Positions 34,995 to 41,459 of a stretch of 41,459 nucleotides of DNA are shown piece after piece. Position 1 is the first letter of the stretch. Every line of letters starts with the position of its first letter. The notes under the pieces are model-generated. The model was not told the origin of the DNA, made no database searches, and saw nothing but the letters and a program-made list of their open reading frames with translations. Origin of the DNA: Candidatus Aenigmarchaeota archaeon ex4484_224 (GTDB lineage: Archaea > Aenigmatarchaeota > Aenigmatarchaeia > CG10238-14 > EX4484-224); assembly GCA_002254545.1 (NCBI GenBank), contig NJEA01000001.1:1-41459 (forward strand), given 5' to 3'. Made by a program: the position numbers and the translations under genes.

Positions 34995-35465
34995 ATGAAG
35001 AAAGTTAGAGACTTTATGACAAGAAATGTAATTACCTGCTCTCCAGAAGATACAATTTTTGATGTTGCCAAAAAGCTTTCAGAAAATGCAATTTCTGGAA
35101 TGCCAGTAGTTGATAAAGGAAAATTAGTTGGAATAATTAGTGTTTCTGACATTGTAAAATTTATGAAAAATGAAATTAAAAATGAAGATTTAATCCCAGA
35201 AGAACCTCATAGCATTCCTTTTATTTTAATGAAAATGATTCAAAATGAGTTAAAAATTAAAAAAGAACTTGAAAAAATTTCAAAAATTAAAGTTAAACAT
35301 GTAATGTCGAAAAAGGTAATTACAATAAGTCCAGATGCTAGCTTGGCTGATGCTGCTGAGTTGCTAGTTAAAAAAAGAATTACAAGAGTACCTGTAATAG
35401 AAAATGGAAAAATAGTTGGGATTTTGACAAAAAGTGATTTGGTAAAAGCTTTAGTTGAAATTTAA
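34995..35465 (+). CDS. CBS-domain pair protein
   Basis: Two CBS units ('VRDFMTRNVITCSPED...ISGMPVVDKGKLVGIISVSDI' and 'VKHVMSKKVITISPD...ITRVPVIENGKIVGILTKSDL'). Confidence 0.8.
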   Translation: MKKVRDFMTRNVITCSPEDTIFDVAKKLSENAISGMPVVDKGKLVGIISVSDIVKFMKNEIKNEDLIPEEPHSIPFILMKMIQNELKIKKELEKISKIKVKHVMSKKVITISPDASLADAAELLVKKRITRVPVIENGKIVGILTKSDLVKALVEI

Positions 35466-36385
35466 ATTTTGAATGAAAGAATTATATAAATCAAATAAAT
35501 TAAAATCATAAAAATTCCTTCTTTTTTGCCTAAAACTTTTCTTTTAATTAGCAAGTAAAATAAGAAAGATGAAAATGTTGAGAAAATTATTGGTAAAATG
35601 ATTGAATAGGGATTAATAGTTAGGATAAAAAATGAAACTATTCCTAAAACCAAAGTTATGTTTATTAAGCAAGATCCAACAATATTTCCAAAAATTAAAC
35701 CAGATTTTTTGCGAGAGGCCAAAGCTAAAGAAAGTTCAGGAATGCTTGTTCCAAAAGCCATTAAAAAACCACCAACAAAAGAATTTGTCAATCCAAAGAT
35801 TTTAATTAAATCAATCGAACTTTCAACCAAAAATTTTGCTGAAAAAACTACTAAAAATGTTCCAATAAAAACTAAAACAATATTTTTAACAAACTCTATT
35901 TTTGCTTTCTTTGTTTTCAATTTTTGAAAAATTTTAAAAGAAATTTTTCTTTTAACCGAAATTAGAACAAAAAATAAAAATGTTAATAGAAAAATTGATG
36001 AAATTGCTTGAGTTTCAATTTTAAGTAATAGCAACAAAGGAAAAATTGAAGAAACAAAAAGCATTTTTGAAAGAAGTGGTATATCTCTTTTTTCCACCTT
36101 TATTTTTTTGGATATGATTAAAATAATTCCTCCTATCAAAAGGATATCCAATATATTTGAACCTAAAATATTTGCTATGCTTAGACTTTCATTTTCATTT
36201 AAAATTGAATACAAACTTAAAGAAAGTTCTGGTAAACTTGTAACTAGAGCTAAAAAAATAAAACCTATTACAAACTCTCCAAACCCTAAAATTTTATCTA
36301 TTTTAATTACACTTTCGGTTAAAATTTTACTTCCATGAGATAAAAAATAGAGAGATAGTAGAAATGTTAAAATTGTTATTAACAT
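35462..36385 (-). CDS. Ca2+/cation antiporter (CaCA, YrbG-like) membrane protein
   Basis: 307 aa with about 10 TM helices. Two alpha-repeat signatures are present: 'LVTSLPELSLSL...GSNILDILLI' and 'GTSIPELSLAL...GNIVGSCLINI'. Confidence 0.7.
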   Translation of the reverse strand: MLITILTFLLSLYFLSHGSKILTESVIKIDKILGFGEFVIGFIFLALVTSLPELSLSLYSILNENESLSIANILGSNILDILLIGGIILIISKKIKVEKRDIPLLSKMLFVSSIFPLLLLLKIETQAISSIFLLTFLFFVLISVKRKISFKIFQKLKTKKAKIEFVKNIVLVFIGTFLVVFSAKFLVESSIDLIKIFGLTNSFVGGFLMAFGTSIPELSLALASRKKSGLIFGNIVGSCLINITLVLGIVSFFILTINPYSIILPIIFSTFSSFLFYLLIKRKVLGKKEGIFMILIYLIYIILSFKI

Positions 36386-36407
36386 AATTATTTGTTAATT
36401 GGCAAAA

Positions 36408-36417
36408 CTTAAATAAT
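36408..36417 (+). promoter_or_regulatory. TATA-like box CTTAAATAAT about 29 nt upstream of tRNA-Asn position 1, preceded by a purine-rich BRE-like GCAAAA
   Basis: The position and composition were read directly. The spacing fits archaeal promoters. Confidence 0.35.
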
Positions 36418-36440
36418 GTTCAAGTTAAATTTCAGTATGA

Positions 36441-36512
36441 GCCCGGGTAGCTTAGTGGTAGAGCGTCCGGCTGTTAACCGGGAGGTCGTGGGTTCGAATC
36501 CCACCCCGGGCG
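36441..36512 (+). tRNA. tRNA-Asn (anticodon GTT), 72 nt, no intron, CCA not encoded
   Basis: Hand-folded cloverleaf with acceptor GCCCGGG/CCCGGGC and D arm GCTT-AGTGGTA-GAGC. The anticodon arm is TCCGG-CTGTTAA-CCGGG and the T arm is GTGGG-TTCGAAT-CCCAC. The discriminator is G. It forms a GC-rich island in AT-rich DNA. Confidence 0.95.
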
Positions 36513-36636
36513 CGTTAAATTATTTTGTAACTCTTTATAAAATCTTTGAACTCGTATTCTTGATAATAACTGCTGTAGGTTTAAAACTGATAAATGAATT
36601 ATCAAATATTTTTTAATTTAACCGACAAAAAATTAT

Positions 36637-36696
36637 TAGCCCCACTTGCCACGTCTATAGGATTAAACATGACTATAGACATCGCGGGTGGGGCTA
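36637..36696. other. GC-rich 60-nt imperfect hairpin (24 stem positions, 12-nt loop) between convergent tRNA-Asn and the orphan ORF
   Basis: Hand pairing runs from 36637-36660 to 36673-36696. That gives 20 Watson-Crick pairs, 2 G-U pairs and 2 mismatches. An A-tract lies upstream and a T-rich tract downstream. Confidence 0.6.
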
Positions 36697-36703
36697 TATT
36701 TTA

Positions 36704-37093
36704 TTATCTCATTAAATACTCTTCATACTTTTTTAGTTTAGATACCCCTTTCTTCAATAACTTTCTAAAACTAGCAAATTCTTTTTTGTTTATATCATAT
36801 CTTCTTCTCTCATCTCTAGATATTCCTAAATCTAAACCCCATTCTGGTCTTTCTCCAATAACATCTACATCTTTATCAAACTTAATAACATTTCTTTGTA
36901 AATTATACTTTTCAAAATTAATAGGTCTATCAAAAACAGTTGATAAATAAATTTCATCATTCTTTTGATTATATTGGCAAACTATGTATATCTTTTCTTT
37001 ATTTTCCTCTACATAAGGAAAAATTATTGAAACTATCCCTCTCTCCTCATTTCTACAAATTTCTTCTTTACAAACATAAAGATACTTACTCAT
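36704..37093 (-). CDS. Hypothetical protein (orphan, no recognisable family)
   Basis: 129-aa ORF. The N-terminal half is beta-rich ('KIYIVCQYNQKNDEIYLSTVF') and the C-terminal half is basic and helical ('ISRDERRRYDINKKEFASFRKLLKKG'). Its ATG overlaps, as CATG, an in-frame upstream ATG of leuS. Confidence 0.4.
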   Translation of the reverse strand: MSKYLYVCKEEICRNEERGIVSIIFPYVEENKEKIYIVCQYNQKNDEIYLSTVFDRPINFEKYNLQRNVIKFDKDVDVIGERPEWGLDLGISRDERRRYDINKKEFASFRKLLKKGVSKLKKYEEYLMR

Positions 37094-37166
37094 GAAAGCT
37101 AGAACCGTTACCTCAACTAACTTTCCAATATGTGTAATTCCATTAAAATGAGTAAAAGCTCCTCAT

Positions 37167-39854
37167 ATGGGCCATAGCTATTCAATTTATAGATTAGATT
37201 CTTTTGTTAGATTCAAAAGAATTTTAGGTTATAATGTTCTTTTTCCCCAAGCTTTTCATGCAACAGGAGAACCAATTTTAGGTCTAGTTGAAAGGTTAAG
37301 AAAAAATGATCCAATAATGATTAAAACAATGAAAGATTATGGAGCTAGCGATAAAGAAATTGAAAAAATGAAGAAAGATCCAAAATATGTAATAAAGTTT
37401 TGGACAAAAAGATGGATAAAAGATTTGAAATTAGCTGGTTTAGCAATAGATTGGAGAAGAACTTTTATAACAACTGATTTAAACAAAGCATACTCAAAAT
37501 TTGTTAAATGGCAATACAAAAAGTTAAAAAAACTTGGATATGTTTTTAAAGGAAGTTATCCGGTTGTTTGGTGCCCTCATTGCAAAAGTCCTACAAGCGA
37601 TCACGATAGATTAGAAGGAATTGGAGAAGAACCAATAGAATATACTTTAATTAAATTTAAATTGAAAAATTCTGATTTAATTTTGCCTTGCGGTACTTTA
37701 AGACCAGAAACAATTTTTGGAGTAACAAATCTTTGGATAAACCCAAATGAAGAATATTGGATTGCAAAAGTTGGAAATGAAAAATGGGTATTAAGTGAAA
37801 GAGCAATTATTAAACTTAAAGATCAACTTAAGCAAATTGAAAAAATTGAAAAAATTGATCCAGAATTTTTAATTGGAAAATTCGTAATTAATCCAACTAA
37901 TTTCAAAGAAGTTCCAATTTTGCCTTCAAGTTTTGTAGACCCAAATAACGCAACTGGTATAGTAATGAGTGTTCCTGCTCATGCTCCCTTTGATTGGATA
38001 GCTTTGAAAGAAGCTAAAGAAAATGGAATTTTGGATAAACTTGGAATTGAAGAAATCAAACCAATTTCTATAATTAAAATAGAAGGGTTTGGTGAATTTC
38101 CAGCAATCGAAATTTGTGAAAAATTTGGAATTAATAGTTTAAAACAAAAAGAAGAACTTGAAAAAGCAACAAAAGAAATTTATAAAAAAGAATTTCATTT
38201 GGGAATTTTGAAAGAAAATTGTGGAAAATTTGCTGGCAAAAAAGTTTCTGAAATAAAAGAAGAATTAATTGAAGAAATTAAACAAAAAGGAATTGCAGAT
38301 TCTATGTATGAATTAACTGGAAAAGTTGTTTGTAGATGTGGAACTGAATGTCATGTAAAAATTTTGGAAAATCAATGGTTTTTGAAATATAGCGATGAAA
38401 AATGGAAAGAAATTGCTAGAAAAGCTTTGGAAAAAATGAAAATAATTCCTGAAGAAGCAAGATCTAATTTTGAAAATACAATTGATTGGTTAAAAGATAA
38501 GCCATGCACAAGAAAAACTGGTTTAGGAACAAAGTTTCCATGGGATAAGGAATGGATTATTGAACCATTAAGCGATTCTACAATTTATATGGCTTACTAT
38601 ATAATTGCAAAATTTATTAATCAGAAAAAAATTAAAGCTAAGAATTTAAATGATAAGTTTTTTGATTACGTTTTTCTTGGAAAAGGAAATTTGGAAGAAG
38701 TTGCAAGAAAATCAAAATTAGATAAAGAAATAATTGAAGAAATTAAAAAAGAATTTGATTATTTTTATCCAGTTGATTTAAGAAGTTCTGGTAAAGATTT
38801 GATTCAAAATCATTTAACTTTTTTCATTTTCCATCATGTAGCAATTTGGGAGGATATGCCAGAAAAATGGCCTAAAGCAATTGCTGTAAATGGATTTGTA
38901 AATGTTGAAGGAGAAAAAATGAGTAAAAGTAAAGGAAATATTAGAAGTTTAAGAGAGTTAATTGAAACTTATGGTTCTGATATTGTAAGATTAAATTTAA
39001 TTTCTGGAGCTGAAGGTTTAGATGATACTAATTGGAAAGAAGTTAATGTTGAAAGTTTAAAAGAAAGAATTGAATTTTTCTGGAAAACAATTAAACAAAT
39101 TTTGAAAGCAAAAAGAGAAGAAAAGAAAAATATTGATTTATTTTTAGAAGAAAAAATTAAAAGAGCTTCAATTTTAGCAAAAGAATTTTATGAAGAATTA
39201 AAATTTAGATCTGCTACTCAATTGTTAATTTATGATTTTTTCAATGATTTGAAATGGTATCTTGAGAGAAATGGAAAAATATCAAAAGCTAATAAAGAAG
39301 TTTTGAAAGAAGTTTTTGAAATTTGGTCTAGATTAGTATATCCATTAATTCCTCATTTGGCTGAAGAATTTTGGCATTTGCTAACTCAAAAAGAATTTAT
39401 TGAAAAAGCTGGATATCCAGAATTTGAATCTTTTGATAAAATTCCAATTAAAAAAGAAGAATTTTTAAAACAAACAATTGAAGATATAAGAGAAATTTTG
39501 AAATTAGTTAAACAAAAACCTAAGAAAATTAAAATTTTTGTTGCTGAAGATTGGAAGTTTAAAATTTATAAAAAAGCTTTAGAATCAAAGAAAATTTCTG
39601 TTCAAGAAGCTTTTGAAATTGCTAATCAAAAAAATGAAGAAATTGTAAAATTTGTTCAATTTTTAAACAAGAAAATTTTTGAATTACCTAGCGATATACT
39701 TGAAAGAAATTATCAATTTGAAATTTTAGAAGAAGGTAAACAATTTTTGAAAAAACAATTTAATTGTAAAATTGAAATTTTAGATGCAAGCAAAAGCAAA
39801 GAAGAAAAAGCTAGAAAAGCAATGCCAAATAAGCCAGGAATTTTAATTGAATAA
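37167..39854 (+). CDS. leuS: Leucyl-tRNA synthetase (archaeal/eukaryal type) with an anomalous 5' end
   Basis: '(H)MGH' at the very N-terminus, 'GYNVLFPQAFHATGEPI', CP1 editing 'TLRPETIFGVTNLWINP', and 'KMSKSKGN'. The tracked ATG is the Met inside the HIGH motif, and an in-frame TGA lies 6 codons upstream. Confidence 0.9.
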   Translation: MGHSYSIYRLDSFVRFKRILGYNVLFPQAFHATGEPILGLVERLRKNDPIMIKTMKDYGASDKEIEKMKKDPKYVIKFWTKRWIKDLKLAGLAIDWRRTFITTDLNKAYSKFVKWQYKKLKKLGYVFKGSYPVVWCPHCKSPTSDHDRLEGIGEEPIEYTLIKFKLKNSDLILPCGTLRPETIFGVTNLWINPNEEYWIAKVGNEKWVLSERAIIKLKDQLKQIEKIEKIDPEFLIGKFVINPTNFKEVPILPSSFVDPNNATGIVMSVPAHAPFDWIALKEAKENGILDKLGIEEIKPISIIKIEGFGEFPAIEICEKFGINSLKQKEELEKATKEIYKKEFHLGILKENCGKFAGKKVSEIKEELIEEIKQKGIADSMYELTGKVVCRCGTECHVKILENQWFLKYSDEKWKEIARKALEKMKIIPEEARSNFENTIDWLKDKPCTRKTGLGTKFPWDKEWIIEPLSDSTIYMAYYIIAKFINQKKIKAKNLNDKFFDYVFLGKGNLEEVARKSKLDKEIIEEIKKEFDYFYPVDLRSSGKDLIQNHLTFFIFHHVAIWEDMPEKWPKAIAVNGFVNVEGEKMSKSKGNIRSLRELIETYGSDIVRLNLISGAEGLDDTNWKEVNVESLKERIEFFWKTIKQILKAKREEKKNIDLFLEEKIKRASILAKEFYEELKFRSATQLLIYDFFNDLKWYLERNGKISKANKEVLKEVFEIWSRLVYPLIPHLAEEFWHLLTQKEFIEKAGYPEFESFDKIPIKKEEFLKQTIEDIREILKLVKQKPKKIKIFVAEDWKFKIYKKALESKKISVQEAFEIANQKNEEIVKFVQFLNKKIFELPSDILERNYQFEILEEGKQFLKKQFNCKIEILDASKSKEEKARKAMPNKPGILIE

Positions 39855-39865
39855 AGTTTATTGTT

Positions 39866-40336
39866 TCAATTAAAAACATCGACTCCCTTGCTACTTAAAA
39901 CATAGCTTTCTTTGATTTTTTTCAAAACAATCAAAGTTTGTGTTTTATCAACTCCTTCAATTTCTCTAAGTTTTTCAGTTATCCATTTTCCCAAATCTTC
40001 AACATCTTTTCCAATAGCTTCTACCAAAATGTCCCATTGACCAGCAATTATATAAACTCTTTCAACAAAAGGCAATTTTGAAATTTCCTTTGCAACTTCC
40101 TCTTGACTTTTAGAATTTGATTTATAAGTTACTAACACAAAAGCTTTGACTGTATATCCAAGCTTTTTTTCATCTAATTCTAAACTATATTTTTTAATCA
40201 AACCTTCTTCCTCAAACTTCTTAATTTTTGTAAAAACAGTTGAAATTGGCATTCCAAGTTTTTTAGCTATTTCTTTCAAAGATATCCTTGAATTTTTTTG
40301 CAACAAAATTAAAATCTTTTCATCCTTTTCTTTCAT
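39866..40336 (-). CDS. Lrp/AsnC-family transcriptional regulator (HTH + RAM domain)
   Basis: 'DEKILILLQKNSRISLKEIAKKLGMPISTVFTKIKKFEEEGLIKKY' plus the C-terminal RAM domain 'AFVLVTYK...VERVYIIAGQWDILVEA'. Confidence 0.85.
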   Translation of the reverse strand: MKEKDEKILILLQKNSRISLKEIAKKLGMPISTVFTKIKKFEEEGLIKKYSLELDEKKLGYTVKAFVLVTYKSNSKSQEEVAKEISKLPFVERVYIIAGQWDILVEAIGKDVEDLGKWITEKLREIEGVDKTQTLIVLKKIKESYVLSSKGVDVFN

Positions 40337-40343
40337 AAAATTA

Positions 40344-40358
40344 TTGAAATATTTTCAA
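40344..40358. promoter_or_regulatory. 15-bp palindrome TTGAAA-TAT-TTTCAA, 8 nt upstream of the Lrp/AsnC start (candidate Lrp-type operator)
   Basis: Read directly. The shape (TTG..A/T-rich centre..CAA, 15 bp) resembles archaeal Lrp-family binding sites. Confidence 0.4.
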
Positions 40359-40446
40359 ATTTTTAAATCTTTCTATAAAAATTTTTGAATTTTTTACATA
40401 AAATTTTGCAAAATTTTTAATAAATTAAAAAACAATTCCAAAGCTT

Positions 40447-41382
40447 ATGAAAACCAAACAAATAATTTCATATATCCAAAGAAAAGATTGGGAAGATATA
40501 CTTAGAATTCAAACTACTTTGCTTAAGTCTATGCAACAATTCATGATTAGAAAAGGATTTGTCGAACTTATGCCAGTTATTACTTCAAAATTTACAGATC
40601 CATTGGGCCCTGATCCAGGATCTTCTGTTATTAAAACTCCTTCAATTGAATATTATGACCAAAAATTAGTTTTAACTCAAAGCATGATTTTACACAAGCA
40701 ATTAGCCATTTTGGCGTATCCAAAAATTTTCATTTTTTCACCAAACGTTAGATTGGAAAGAAGAGAAAGAAGAAAAACTGGAAAACATTTATTCGAATTT
40801 ACACAAATGGATTTTGAAATAGCTTATGCAAAAATGAAAAATGTTTTTAAACTAGTTGAAGATTTAGTTGTTTATACAATTAAACAAGTAAAAAAAGAAA
40901 GAAAAGAAGAGTTAAGAAGATTGGGAAGAAAGTTAAAAGTTCCTTCTAAGCCATTCAAAAAGTATACTACACATGAATTGGAAGAAAAATATGGAAAAGA
41001 GTGGGAAATTAAAGCTAGCAAAGACCATAAAGAACCTTTTTGGGCCATTTGTCATAAAAGAGAATTTTATGATAAAGAAGACCCTGAAAGACCTGGACAT
41101 TATCTAAACTATGATTTAATTTGGCCAGAAGGATTTGGAGAAGCTTTATCTGGAGGTGAAAGAGAATATCAATACCAAAGAATTGTTCAAAGAATTAAAA
41201 GAGATGGTTTACCAATTGAAAGATATAAAGAATATTTAGAAATTGCAAAGCTTGGAATTTTAAAACCAAGTGCAGGAGCTGGAATAGGAGTTGAAAGATT
41301 TTTAAGATTTCTAACAGGAAAAAAGCATGTTGGAGATATCCAATTATTTAGAAGAGTTCCGGGAGAAGAAGTAATTTTGTAA
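40447..41382 (+). CDS. asnA: AsnRS-like asparagine synthetase A (class II aaRS catalytic core without anticodon-binding domain)
   Basis: 311 aa. The class II motif-2-like segment is 'FSPNVRLERRE...HLFEFTQMDFEIAY', and the motif-3-like segment is 'SAGAGIGVERFLRFL'. There is no N-terminal OB domain. Confidence 0.7.
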   Translation: MKTKQIISYIQRKDWEDILRIQTTLLKSMQQFMIRKGFVELMPVITSKFTDPLGPDPGSSVIKTPSIEYYDQKLVLTQSMILHKQLAILAYPKIFIFSPNVRLERRERRKTGKHLFEFTQMDFEIAYAKMKNVFKLVEDLVVYTIKQVKKERKEELRRLGRKLKVPSKPFKKYTTHELEEKYGKEWEIKASKDHKEPFWAICHKREFYDKEDPERPGHYLNYDLIWPEGFGEALSGGEREYQYQRIVQRIKRDGLPIERYKEYLEIAKLGILKPSAGAGIGVERFLRFLTGKKHVGDIQLFRRVPGEEVIL

Positions 41383-41459
41383 TTCTTATCTATTTTAAAA
41401 AGCTTGTTAAAATTTTCACTTAAACTTGTCTAAATTTCTAAGAAAAAGCTTCCACGCCG

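Noticed and set aside
36637-36700. Calling the hairpin an archaeal H/ACA guide sRNA (lower stem 9 bp, 7x7 internal region, upper stem 8 bp, GA/GA-capped loop, about 15-16 nt to a 3' ATA)
   Set aside because: The would-be pseudouridylation pocket is mostly base-paired (5 of 7 positions). There is no ACA box, only ATA. I cannot check rRNA complementarity or the presence of Cbf5, Nop10 or Gar1. It is kept as an unassigned structured element.
36416-36950. + strand ORFs 36416-36616 (66 aa) and 36594-36950 (118 aa)
   Set aside because: The first runs straight through the tRNA-Asn gene. The second is antisense to the orphan ORF and spans the hairpin. Both have low-complexity composition and no motif, so they are treated as spurious.
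37149-37151. Genome-wide TGA reassignment (Trp, Gly or Sec) as the explanation for the in-frame TGA in leuS
   Set aside because: TGA clearly terminates other genes in the window at conserved C-termini, often in ATGA overlaps (11664-11666, 12794-12796, 24456-24458, 22829-22831). No other conserved gene needs TGA readthrough, and I saw no SECIS-like element. A local error or local event is more likely.
37145-37158. The 14-nt AAAATGAGTAAAAG upstream of leuS is identical to the KMSKS-coding segment of leuS (38916-38929) and would itself encode K-M-S-K-S in another frame
   Set aside because: The flanks do not match on either side. The string is A-rich in an AT-rich genome, and the frame is closed after 9 more codons. 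It is probably a coincidence, and worth a computational repeat search only.
36441-37166. Integrated provirus or integrative element at tRNA-Asn
   Set aside because: There is no integrase or recombinase, no structural genes, and by eye no direct repeat of the tRNA 3' end. At most this is a small remnant, as discussed in the findings.
3237-40388. Many 60-116-aa antisense ORFs in the track
   Set aside because: Examples are 3237-3533, 3916-4266, 4747-5037, 5339-5578, 6305-6508, 24084-24422, 31844-32104, 35658-35927 and 40146-40388. All lie fully inside well-supported genes on the opposite strand. They are F/L/I/S/K-rich, as expected for antisense frames of AT-rich coding DNA, and none has a recognisable motif.

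Overview
The window is very AT-rich, densely packed archaeal chromosome. This is supported by TBP, MCM, aIF-2 beta, L44e, prefoldin alpha, Dph2, archaeal-type AspRS/MetRS/LeuRS and a NurA-like nuclease. The small proteins, overlapping gene ends and apparently leaderless promoters suggest a streamlined DPANN/nanoarchaeal-type genome, but sequence alone cannot establish that. About 48 protein genes and one tRNA (tRNA-Asn GTT) are supported. I saw no rRNA, CRISPR array, transposase or integrase.

Most content is housekeeping:
- Replication, transcription and translation: a co-directional TBP-MCM-RPA-like-aIF2beta cluster, Lhr helicase, RNase HII, three aaRS genes and an AsnRS-like asparagine synthetase.
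- A PadR-controlled MacB-type ABC module.
- Several HAD phosphatases, CBS-domain proteins and Lrp/AsnC regulators.

The observations most worth a second look are:
1. mcm is about 56% intein. It carries two LAGLIDADG inteins, one lacking the block-B His and one starting with Ser.
2. The two halves of tbp share a 53-nt stretch identical except at one synonymous site, which suggests intragenic gene conversion.
3. The tRNA-Asn 3' flank holds a GC-rich 24-position hairpin and an orphan ORF. It is followed by a leuS whose HIGH-motif region is cut by an in-frame TGA.
4. An orphan 68-aa Cas2-like (or RHH-like) gene sits behind a perfect 16-bp palindrome, with no CRISPR or cas context.
5. An AsnC-type regulator with a TTGAAA-N3-TTTCAA box lies divergent from the asnA-like gene.

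I did not find compelling evidence for a complete, clearly novel multi-gene system. The candidates above are hypotheses. All family assignments come from motif recognition by eye, not from database searches.
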